This document shows, in pieces, positions 17,655 to 25,809 of a stretch of DNA of 40,542 nt (positions are counted from its first letter, which is position 1; the number at the start of each line of letters is the position of its first letter). Both the position numbers and the translations under genes were made by a program. The stretch spans positions 1 through 40,542 of the forward strand of contig CAZRYP010000002.1 of assembly GCA_964604295.1 (NCBI GenBank), written 5' to 3'. The notes beneath the pieces are model-generated. The model ran no database searches and had not been told where the DNA came from. It was given only the letters and a program-made list of their open reading frames with translations. The stretch comes from an uncultured Treponemataceae bacterium (GTDB lineage: Bacteria; Spirochaetota; Spirochaetia; Treponematales; Rectinemataceae).

Positions 17655-18953
17655 TCAGGGCGTGGCCAGGAGAACGACCACGCAGTCCCAGGTATCGCCG
17701 GGAGCCCCTCCTGCCGCTTCGATCGTGATTATCCCGATGCATGTGCCGGTGAATCCTGTATTCCTCATCGAAGCTGTTCCCCCGGTCTGGCCGAGCCATT
17801 GCGTCATCGCGGTGTTGACATTGAGGCTCGAGGCGCTGAACAGGAAATAGGCGGCGTCCGAGCATGTCCCCAAGGCATCGGCCACACGGCCTTCGAGGTT
17901 CGTTCCGGGGGTGTCGCACTGGCCGGTGCTTGCGTAGCGCCGGGCGAGCGCGTCGAGGTCGGCATCGCGGGAGGCGAACGCCGCAGCCGAATGTCCGGTC
18001 CTGTCCGTGTTGATCGCGTCGAAGAAATCCTCCTCCAGGGCGTCGAAGGCCGGGTCGTCGTTCACGGTATCGGGGAGGGTTATAGGTTCGTCGGTACCCG
18101 GACCTGGCCCCGGTCCGCCGCCTCCGCCTCCCGCTCCGCAGGACTGGGCCATCGTCCAGGGAATATCCTGGAGCGGAACCTCGGCTTCGTAGATGAGGTT
18201 GTCCGAATCGTCGTAGGCCTTCAGCGTGGCTGTCTTCTCGAAATACCCGCAGGTCGGGTCGCCCATCTCGCCGACGCCGCTCCCCGCGGCCGTGGGGGTG
18301 ATCGTCTGGTTCTTGGTATCGGTGAAAGTGAGGACGAACTTGGCTCCCACGCCGTCCGACACCCTCTTGATCGTGTAGGCTGTCCGCATCTCGATTTCCG
18401 ATTTGAAATGGCCGCTCGGCGTGATGCTGTTGTCCGAGCCGATGACCAGATCCATCTCCATGTCCGTGCTCATGGAATGCTCGATCGTTCCCGAGATGAT
18501 GAACGATTTTGTCGCGTCCTCGGGGTCGGTCACTTCCAGTTCCGTCATCGTGCCGTGCAGATCGAACTCTATCAGGGCTTTCATCACGTTATCGTAGGTT
18601 CCCTGAGTCATGGACGACGGTGGATTCGATATGGTGCTCCCCGTGATCGTGCCCGTCATCGTGACATGGTCGTTCGACCAGTTGATCGTCTGGTTCAGGG
18701 TCGTCGTCTGGGCGGCCCTGGATCCGGAGGAGCGAGATACCTGCCTCGATTCGCTGTCCATGGCATCGTAGAGCACCGTGGAGGCGTCGTTGTAGATCGT
18801 CCTGGCTTCGTCGGCGCTGGACGGCGCCGTCGCGTTGGATGCGGGAAGCGTCGTTACGTCTATATCTTCCTCGTCATCAGAGTTGTTCGGATTTGGACAA
18901 CCGAAGAGCATGGCACAGAGAATGACAATGAAAATGACATACTTTCTACTCAT
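17655..18953 (-). CDS. Lipoprotein with C-terminal CAP/SCP (PR-1-like) domain
   Basis: I place the start at ATG 18953 (GGAGGA upstream), not at the ORF-track 19280. The signal and lipobox are MSRKYVIFIVILCAMLFGC. A Gly/Pro linker (GGGGGGPGPGPG) follows. The C-terminal EEDFFDAINTDRTGHSAAAF...DADLDALARRYA...MTQWL resembles a CAP domain. Confidence 0.6.
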   Translation of the reverse strand: MSRKYVIFIVILCAMLFGCPNPNNSDDEEDIDVTTLPASNATAPSSADEARTIYNDASTVLYDAMDSESRQVSRSSGSRAAQTTTLNQTINWSNDHVTMTGTITGSTISNPPSSMTQGTYDNVMKALIEFDLHGTMTELEVTDPEDATKSFIISGTIEHSMSTDMEMDLVIGSDNSITPSGHFKSEIEMRTAYTIKRVSDGVGAKFVLTFTDTKNQTITPTAAGSGVGEMGDPTCGYFEKTATLKAYDDSDNLIYEAEVPLQDIPWTMAQSCGAGGGGGGPGPGPGTDEPITLPDTVNDDPAFDALEEDFFDAINTDRTGHSAAAFASRDADLDALARRYASTGQCDTPGTNLEGRVADALGTCSDAAYFLFSASSLNVNTAMTQWLGQTGGTASMRNTGFTGTCIGIITIEAAGGAPGDTWDCVVVLLATP

Positions 18954-19083
18954 GACACCGGTCCTCCGTAACTTGTGATACTTCAATTCTCGCGCATCGG
19001 CTGAGCATGTCAAGGAATCTTTCGGAGCGATTATTGAAGGAATCAAATTCATTTGACAAATTCCGGGATGAGATCGACACTGT

Positions 19084-19137
19084 CGATATATCGCATGGAT
19101 ATTTGTGATATTTCGCGATATTGCGGATATCGCGATC
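19084..19137. repeat. Array of GATAT-core repeats and CG-ATAT-CG palindromes in a divergent promoter region
   Basis: GATAT occurs at 19085, 19098, 19107, 19117 and 19126, with spacings of 13, 9, 10 and 9 nt. There are also palindromes CGATATATCG (19084-93) and ATCGCGAT (19129-36), and the inverted repeat CGCGATAT (19114-21) with ATATCGCG (19127-34). Confidence 0.6.
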
Positions 19138-19170
19138 AAGAATCTCGATTTCGGAAAGGAGGGCATTTCG

Positions 19171-21276
19171 ATGAGAAGCAGACGTATCAGACAGGTTTTC
19201 GCGTTGGCCGCCATCGCCGTGCTGGTGTCGGTTCCGGCCGCGACGGTCTCAGCCCAGGATGGCGGGAGGGAACTGGGCAAGGCCGAATTCGTCGCCAGGA
19301 TTTCCGAATACTTCGCATGGCCTCACCCCGCCGACTACAACGATATCTGGAAGGTTCCCCTCAAGGCGCTCAAGGACCTGAAGGCTTCCGACAAGTATGG
19401 GAAGCAAGTCGAAGCGGCGATCGAACGGGGAATCATCGCCGCCGATACCGAAGGCTATTTCCATCCCGACGCCCGGATTTCCCGCGAGGATGCGGCGGCT
19501 GTTTTCGCCAAAGCTTTCCTGCTTTCCTCTCCCGCAGGCGACCCCGCGGCGAAGTTCGCCGATGCCAAGTCGATCAAGCCCCTTGCCAGGGACGCGGTGA
19601 ATGCCTTGCTGGCTCTCGGGTTCATGTCGGGCAGGACGGCGACTGAATTCAAGCCGGCCGCTCCCGTCACCGCGGCCGAAGTCGATGCCATCTTCGGGAA
19701 GATCACTTCCGCGATGGTCAGTCCCGTGCAGGCCGTGCCCGTGACGAACGCCGTGGCTCCGCGGCGCTACGTCAAGCTCTGGTCTTCCACGCCTGGGGCC
19801 ACGATCCACTACACGACGGATGGGTCGACTCCTACTCTCGACAGCCCAATCTACACCGTTGCGAGCAGGGGTTATATCAACGAGATGCTCTCCACCGCCC
19901 AGCTTCCCGAGCGCGATGTCGTCTACAAGGCCTTCGCGGTCAAGGAGGGCCTGGCGGCCAGTCCGGTTCAGACCTTTGTCTGGCACCTCTACAGGCCCAA
20001 AACGGCGGATTTCCAGCATACGCTCATACAGGAAAAGACGGCGACGAGCCCGGCCGTCTACCAGATATTCAACGATTCGGAATCGGTGCGGGCCATGGCC
20101 TGGTACATCGAGGGACAGAATGGAGGCATCGTGTTCGATGCCCTCCAGACGGCCCCGAATGTCGCCAACCTCAAGGAGTACGTCGACAGGCATATGGCGA
20201 CGAAGCCCTACTTCCTCGTCATCGGCCACGAGCATGGCGATCATGACGCCCAGGCTCCCAATTTCCTGAACGCCGGACTGGATGTCTACGCGAACCATCG
20301 CGGATGGATAGGTTTTCTTCCCTCGGGACCATTCCCCGCCGTGTTCTCGAACCCGGCCGACCAAGCCAGGATCAAGGATATCGAGGAAGGCGACAGGTTC
20401 AGCCTCGGCGGGTGCGACCTTCATGTGTATGCCCTACCCGGCCATGCCAACGGCAACATCATCCTCCAGGACAAGGCCAACGGCCTCATCTTCGCGTCCG
20501 ACATCTATGGGTGCACGAGGGCCGGATCGGCGGACAACGTCGCCGTCCAGCAGGTCAAGGCCGACCTTCTCCTCTCCATGGCCCAGCAGGTCTATACCCT
20601 CTACCTGAAGGACGGCGGCAAGACGACCAAGGTCTTTACGGGACACGACGAGACGCCGCTGGCTGACATCAACCTCAGGCTTTTCGAGCAAGCCCTCCAG
20701 CAGGTGGTGGACAAGGGCGAAGCCGGCTGCTCCCCGACCCTCAGGGGCAACAACGATGCTCCCAACAGCCGCACGACCATCATCGGCGACATGTGGAAGG
20801 ACGGCACCGACTGGATAGCCCTCAAGCTCATCGGCATCATGGGCGACAACAGCGAATACCTCACCTCGAGCCCTGTCAACTATAACGGCAAGGACGGCCA
20901 TCTCAAGTATTCCGTGCTGAGCAACATCGAATTCGAAGGCGGAGAGCTGGTGGGCACGACGCTCTCCTGGAGGGGGCCGACGGCTCCCTTCCAGTGGGCC
21001 GGGAAGACCATCACCATGGCCAATTCCCTGCCGAACAAGTTCGATCCCTGGACCTACGAGTACAAGGTGAGGGTGCCGGCGGCCAATGCCATGATAAGCG
21101 TCATCCCCACGACCATGTCGACGAAGGTGACATCGATCGTGATCAACGGCCTGAAGGTCGACTACAGGTCGAGCGCGACCCTCTCCGTGTCCGAAGGCAG
21201 CGTGATCTCGATAGATATCGTCGCGCCAGATGGCGTGACCAGAAGCGGCTATCGTTTCACGGTGGAAATGTACTGA
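19171..21276 (+). CDS. Cell-surface multidomain protein: SLH repeats, CHB_HEX_C-like domain, metallo-beta-lactamase-fold hydrolase, cadherin-like beta-sandwich
   Basis: The ATG at 19171 follows AAGGAGGG, and the signal peptide ends VSAQDGG. Two SLH-like repeats are present (FHPDARISREDAAAVFAKAF; FKPAAPVTAAEVDAIFGKI). ATIHYTTDGSTPTLDSPIYT is a chitobiase C-terminal-type domain. The MBL motif is GHEHGDHD and later YALPGHANGN. The C-terminal YEYKVRVPA...INGLKV...GYRFTV is cadherin-like. Confidence 0.7.
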   Translation: MRSRRIRQVFALAAIAVLVSVPAATVSAQDGGRELGKAEFVARISEYFAWPHPADYNDIWKVPLKALKDLKASDKYGKQVEAAIERGIIAADTEGYFHPDARISREDAAAVFAKAFLLSSPAGDPAAKFADAKSIKPLARDAVNALLALGFMSGRTATEFKPAAPVTAAEVDAIFGKITSAMVSPVQAVPVTNAVAPRRYVKLWSSTPGATIHYTTDGSTPTLDSPIYTVASRGYINEMLSTAQLPERDVVYKAFAVKEGLAASPVQTFVWHLYRPKTADFQHTLIQEKTATSPAVYQIFNDSESVRAMAWYIEGQNGGIVFDALQTAPNVANLKEYVDRHMATKPYFLVIGHEHGDHDAQAPNFLNAGLDVYANHRGWIGFLPSGPFPAVFSNPADQARIKDIEEGDRFSLGGCDLHVYALPGHANGNIILQDKANGLIFASDIYGCTRAGSADNVAVQQVKADLLLSMAQQVYTLYLKDGGKTTKVFTGHDETPLADINLRLFEQALQQVVDKGEAGCSPTLRGNNDAPNSRTTIIGDMWKDGTDWIALKLIGIMGDNSEYLTSSPVNYNGKDGHLKYSVLSNIEFEGGELVGTTLSWRGPTAPFQWAGKTITMANSLPNKFDPWTYEYKVRVPAANAMISVIPTTMSTKVTSIVINGLKVDYRSSATLSVSEGSVISIDIVAPDGVTRSGYRFTVEMY

Positions 21277-21398
21277 GCCTTCCGGCGGCCCGCCGGGCGT
21301 CGCGGACTCTTCCGCCGGCCCGGCGGGCCGCCGGACAGGGCCTTGCCCGCGCCCGGCCGCTTGCCGGGCCGGGCGGGTCCTAATATCATGGAGCGGCG

Positions 21399-22085
21399 AT
21401 GAACAGGATCGATGGCGGGCCGGTCCGTCGGGTTTTCCACGGGGAACTCGCCCTCGCGCTCGGGATAACGCTGCTCGGCATGAGCCTTGCCTTCTACGCC
21501 AAAGGCGACATGGGCATGTCGACGCTTTCACTCATGGCTTTCGTGATGAGCCGTGTCGTCCCAGCGGCGAGCTTCGGCACATGGAACTATATAATCCAGT
21601 GCGCGATGATGCTCGTCCTCGTCCTTCTCCTGAAAAAGATCAAGCCAGGCTATTTCATCTCCTTCGGCCTGGCCATAGTCTATGGCCTTCTCGTGGACTT
21701 TTTCTCCTTCTTCGTCGCGATGCTGCCCGACGGCCTTCTCCCGCGGGGGCTCTGCTATCTTGCGGGCTTCTGCGGCATGGCCGCCGGGACAGCCCTGCTC
21801 CTGAAAAGCGGGATGCCTATCCTTCCCTTCGATACCTTCATGAGGGACATCACGCTGAACTATGACATTCCCTACCGGAAGATCCGCACAGGCTTCGACA
21901 TTTCCACTTTCGCCTTCTCGGCCCTGCTTGGCATGACCTGCCTTGGCTCCTTCCAGGGCATCGGCCCGGGCACCCTCGTCAATGTGGCGCTCATGGGGCT
22001 CGCGGTGTCGAAGGTATCGGAGTTCCTGGACAGGCGATTCGTTTTCCGTGTCCTGAGCAGGCGGCTGGGTTCGCTCTCTTCATGA
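21399..22085 (+). CDS. DUF6198/YczE-like integral membrane protein
   Basis: A 228-aa polytopic protein (GMSTLSLMAFVMSRV..., GMPILPFDTFMRDI...). It is distantly similar in layout to the 16961 gene. Confidence 0.5.
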   Translation: MNRIDGGPVRRVFHGELALALGITLLGMSLAFYAKGDMGMSTLSLMAFVMSRVVPAASFGTWNYIIQCAMMLVLVLLLKKIKPGYFISFGLAIVYGLLVDFFSFFVAMLPDGLLPRGLCYLAGFCGMAAGTALLLKSGMPILPFDTFMRDITLNYDIPYRKIRTGFDISTFAFSALLGMTCLGSFQGIGPGTLVNVALMGLAVSKVSEFLDRRFVFRVLSRRLGSLSS

Positions 22086-22205
22086 AGGCCAGGCGGGTGC
22101 GGGTTCAAATCCGGACCGCCTGCCCGTGCCGGAATAGAAAAATCGGCTTATACTTCCGTCAGGAACATTTGTCGCGATGGCGAAGGCGATGAAGTGGAGG
22201 GATTC

Positions 22206-23224
22206 ATGAAAAGACACATCCTTGGAACGGCGCTACTTGCATGCGCCCTCGGCGCGGCCTCGGCTCAGGGCCTCGCGAATCTGGACGCGGTTCCTGGGCT
22301 CCAGCCCGGATCCGTCCTCGTGCTCACGATCGGCGCGGGGGCATCCTCGGGCCAGGTCTGGGGAACCGATATCTATACGACTGACTCGAACCTGGGAGCG
22401 GCGGCCGTGCACGCGGGCGTCCTCGCCGACAGGACGACGGGCACCGTCATCGTCGAGGTGCTCCCCGGAATGCAATCCTACGAAGGCTCCAGCAGGAACG
22501 GCGTGACGAGCGCGAAGTGGGGAAGCTTCGGGAAGAGTTTCCGCTTCCTGAAATCCCTGTCGGGACAGGCGGTCATGCCGGCCAAGCCGACAGTCCAGAG
22601 GATCTACGCCTTCGATGACGAGAGCGCTCTCGTCAGGATAAAGCCGGTTCCGGGCGCCGTCGCCTATTTCAGGCTTACGGGCTCCGCTTCGGGCAGGATC
22701 TGGGGGACGGGTACTTATACGATCGACTCGAGCCCCGGCATGGCGGCCGTGCACGCGGGTGTCCTCGGAACGGGGCAGTCGGGCGTCGTGAAAGTGACGA
22801 TTCTGCCCGGGCTCGGCTCCTACGAGGGCAGTTCGCGCAACGGCGTCTCGTCCTTGTCCTACGGCGCCTACGGGGCAAGCTATACGATCGAGCCGGCTCC
22901 GGCCGGAGCCCAGGTCGGCTCCCTGATAGCCGATCCCGGCACCGTGGCGAGGCTGCCTGGAGCCGCGGCGGGGCAGAGCTACGTCATATGGGTGGCGGGA
23001 CAGGCTGGCGGAGGGTCGATCTGGGGTTCGGGCCAGTACACCCGGATTCCAGCCTCGCGACAGCCGTGGTCCATGCCGGGCTCATCCCTGACGGAGGGGC
23101 GGGGCCGGTCATCGTGCGCGTCCTGCCGGGGCGGGCTTCCTACGAGGGGAGCGCGCGGAATGGCGTCACTTCTTCGGCCTACGGCGCCTACGGATTGAGC
23201 TACACCCTCGAAGCCGCGCGGTAG
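22206..23224 (+). pseudogene. Secreted protein with three tandem LCCL domains, interrupted by a 1-nt frameshift
   Basis: The ATG at 22206 follows GGAGGG, with signal peptide MKRHILGTALLACALGAASAQG. LCCL repeats 1 and 2 are WGTDIYTTDSNLGAAAVHAGVL...YEGSSRNGVTS and WGTGTYTIDSSPGMAAVHAGVL...YEGSSRNGVSS. Repeat 3 begins in frame (WGSGQYT) and continues only in the neighbouring frame (PDSSLATAVVHAGLI...YEGSARNGVTS, stop at 23224). The shift is at the CCC run 23041-23043. Confidence 0.75.
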
Positions 23225-23243
23225 GGAAGGGCTGAAGTCGATA

Positions 23244-24440
23244 CTATTCCGTCGACATCCGGCTTGCCCTGAAGGCGAGGGCGGCAGCAGTCGTCAGCGC
23301 CCCGAGTGTCAGGAGGGCAGCTTCGAGGGACAGATCGGCCAAGGCGCCCACGACGGGGTAGAGCGCGGCGATGAGCACGCGTTCGATCATGGAAATCCCC
23401 GAAAGCACCGTCGCGCGGTTGGCGTCTTCGATCCTCGCGTTCATCAGGGCCGACAGCAGGGGAGCCCGGAAGAGCTTGAGGCTCGTCACGCCGAAGATGG
23501 CGACTAGGGAGACGGCGAGGCTGGGGACAAGACCGGCGGCGATGTAGAGGAGGCCGGGGATGAGGGAGGAGAGGAAGATGGCCCTGCCCGTGCCGATTCT
23601 CTCCCTGACGAAGGGCGTTGCGTGGAGGAGGAGCATCGCGGCCAGGTTGAAGGCCGCTCCGGCGAATCCGAACCACGAAACCGGCACGCTGTTTCGCGCG
23701 AGAAGGGATTGGTAGAACCAGAACATGAAGAAAGTCAGGGCCGAGATGACGGCGTAGTTGAATCCGAGACTCCGCAGCTGGGGCGTCCTGAATATCTGGA
23801 GGAAGCCGTCGATGCCCTGACGCATGAAGCCTTTTCCGCTCTTTTCCGGCAGGGGTTCCCCCACGGAGAGCATTATGATGCCCGATATTCCGAGGGCGGC
23901 GGCTGTGAAGACGAAGACCATGCCCAGGGCTGATTCATAGGCCACGATGCCGCTTCCCGCGAAGAGGGAACCGAGGGGAAAGCCGACGAAGAGGCCGGCT
24001 GTCCCGGCCGCCTCGTAGCGCGCGAAGACGGTCGAGGCCCCATCCTGCAAGCCATCCCTTTTCAGCACTTCATAGAGCAGGGCCTTGTCCGCGCCGCTGA
24101 CCAGGGTCATGCCGAGCGCGCAGACAATCTCCGCCAGGAGAAGGATGGGAAAAGAACGGAATACGCCGAAGGCCAGGAATCCCGCCGCGAGGAAAAACGA
24201 ACCCAGGCAGAGAGATATCTTCCTGCCCCAGCGGTCGGCCACGATGCCGGTGGGCACTTCCAGGGCCATCATGGCCGCGGAGAAGACCATTTCCAGGATG
24301 AACATCCGGCCATAGCCTATGCCGATCCGATGGAGATAGAAGGGAACGGCCACAGCCCCGAAGAACTGCAGGCTCTTGAAGAAGTTGAAGGCATAGAGCG
24401 CCCCGATCTTCCTCTTTCCTTTCACGCGTTCTTCTCCCAA
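23244..24440 (-). CDS. MFS transporter
   Basis: A 398-aa protein with about 12 TM segments and the loop motif GIVADRWGRKISL. It lies 22 nt downstream of corA on the same strand. Confidence 0.8.
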   Translation of the reverse strand: MGEERVKGKRKIGALYAFNFFKSLQFFGAVAVPFYLHRIGIGYGRMFILEMVFSAAMMALEVPTGIVADRWGRKISLCLGSFFLAAGFLAFGVFRSFPILLLAEIVCALGMTLVSGADKALLYEVLKRDGLQDGASTVFARYEAAGTAGLFVGFPLGSLFAGSGIVAYESALGMVFVFTAAALGISGIIMLSVGEPLPEKSGKGFMRQGIDGFLQIFRTPQLRSLGFNYAVISALTFFMFWFYQSLLARNSVPVSWFGFAGAAFNLAAMLLLHATPFVRERIGTGRAIFLSSLIPGLLYIAAGLVPSLAVSLVAIFGVTSLKLFRAPLLSALMNARIEDANRATVLSGISMIERVLIAALYPVVGALADLSLEAALLTLGALTTAAALAFRASRMSTE

Positions 24441-24462
24441 GGTGTCGTGCGCCGTGCCGGCC

Positions 24463-25446
24463 TCAGCGGGGAGGCAGGACCAGGTTCTGGGGCAGGGGCA
24501 GGGTCTTGGCCTTGCTCTTTTTCTTCCGCTTGTCGCCCAGGAGGAGGGCTCCGATGATCGAGGCCAGGAGGCTGACGCCGAAAATGCCCGCGATCGCGAG
24601 AGGGTGTTCCTGGAAGGGCAGGTCGACGTTCATGCCGAAGAAGCTCGAGATCAGGGTGGGGATCATGAGCACGATCGACACGATCGTGAGCCTTCGCATC
24701 ACGATGTTGATGTTGTTCGATATGACGCTGGCGAAGGCGTCCATCGTCCCCGTGAGGATCGAGGAGTAGATGTTGGCCATTTCGATGGCTTGCTTGTTGT
24801 CGGTGAGGACGTCCTCGAGAAGTTCCTGCTCGTCCTCATTGAAATGGATGAAGGGCGATTTCTGCAGCTTTTCCAGCAGAAGCTCGTTCGTCTTGAGGCT
24901 CGTGGTGAAGTAGACGAGGGACTTCTGGATGGAAAGAAGTTGGACGAGTTCGTTGTTCTTGACGGATTTCTGAAGGACCCTTTCTATGATCGCCGTCTTC
25001 TTGTTGAGTTCCTTCAGCGTGCGCAAGTAGCTCAAGGCGGCCCTGCCCATGAGGTTGAGCACGAAGGTGCTCTTGTTCCTGATGCTGAAGTCGCGGATCC
25101 TGTGGCCGGTGAGGTCGTCCAGCACGTCGCTGGAGCGCTGGCAGATGGTGACGATCTTGTCCTTGAAGAGGATGATGCCCACGGGGACGGTGAAGACCGA
25201 CACTTCGAAGGTGTTGTCGAAGACGGGCAGGCGGACGATGATCGCCGTGTATTCCTCTTCCTTCTCGATGCGGGCCTGTTCGTCTATATCCATGATGTCG
25301 GCGATGAGTTCCGACGAGATGCCGAAATCCTTTTCCAGCCGCGTGAGGTCTTCCCTGCTGACGTTGCGTGCGTCCACCCAGCAGTCCTTGACGACTTCGT
25401 CGCTCTGGACGAGGTTTCTTTCTTCTTGAGTCCTGATTATGATCAT
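24463..25446 (-). CDS. corA: CorA family magnesium/cobalt transporter
   Basis: A 327-aa protein with a soluble N-domain and two C-terminal TM helices carrying the signature FFGMNV. Confidence 0.9.
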   Translation of the reverse strand: MIIIRTQEERNLVQSDEVVKDCWVDARNVSREDLTRLEKDFGISSELIADIMDIDEQARIEKEEEYTAIIVRLPVFDNTFEVSVFTVPVGIILFKDKIVTICQRSSDVLDDLTGHRIRDFSIRNKSTFVLNLMGRAALSYLRTLKELNKKTAIIERVLQKSVKNNELVQLLSIQKSLVYFTTSLKTNELLLEKLQKSPFIHFNEDEQELLEDVLTDNKQAIEMANIYSSILTGTMDAFASVISNNINIVMRRLTIVSIVLMIPTLISSFFGMNVDLPFQEHPLAIAGIFGVSLLASIIGALLLGDKRKKKSKAKTLPLPQNLVLPPR

Positions 25447-25683
25447 GGCGGTTTCTCCTTGGGCGGCGCGATTCCTGGAGAAGCCGGAGGGTGGGCCTAA
25501 GGCCGGAACCGGTTATCCGAGGAAAGCGCTGCGCGGGTCATTTGACTGCGGCAACTATGATAGGGGGTGCTACTACCCCCGCCGTCCGTACCGGACATCG
25601 CGTTTCCTCCTGTGATGGGTTGGATCCCCGGACGGGGATCAGGTTCCAGCTACAGTAATAGCAGAAAATGCCTCGTCGATCAA
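25447..25683 (-). promoter_or_regulatory. Putative corA promoter and about 200-nt structured leader
   Basis: On the minus strand: TTGATC (plus 25678-83), a 17-nt spacer, then TATTAC (plus 25655-60). The leader contains hairpins GATCCCCG/CGGGGATC, GTCCG-GTA-CGGAC and GGGGGT-AGTAGC-ACCCCC. A TTCTCC element (plus 25477-82) is complementary to the SD GGAGAA (plus 25453-58). Confidence 0.3.
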
Positions 25684-25754
25684 GGCGGGACAGAAATTTT
25701 TTCCGCTGTAAGGCAAGGCGGGAGGGAAGCTGGATTCCTGGGTGCAGCGCAACA

Positions 25755-25783
25755 TTGACAGGATCGGCCATATCGTCCAATAT
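25755..25783 (+). promoter_or_regulatory. Sigma-70-type promoter for the ABC-2 exporter operon
   Basis: TTGACA, a 17-nt spacer, then CAATAT, located 27 nt upstream of the start at 25810. Confidence 0.45.
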
Positions 25784-25809
25784 CGAGCGATACGATGGAG
25801 GGGAACCTC

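Noticed and set aside
22090-22122. A tRNA-like T-loop sequence (GGTTCAAATCC) inside a 7-bp hairpin, CAGGCGG...CCGCCTG, right after the 21399-22085 gene. It could be a tRNA or att-site relic.
   Set aside because: No T-stem, acceptor or anticodon arm can be folded. It does not match the 3' end of the tRNA-Lys in this window. It is most simply a post-stop hairpin.
25447-25700. An M-box (ykoK-type) Mg2+ riboswitch upstream of corA.
   Set aside because: The conserved M-box sequence blocks, as I recall them, are absent on the corA strand. The region is kept only as an unclassified leader candidate.
25538-25780. Small ORFs in the corA/ABC intergenic region: 80 aa on the minus strand and 63 aa on the plus strand.
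   Set aside because: They have no RBS and low-complexity or odd composition. They overlap predicted promoter and leader elements.
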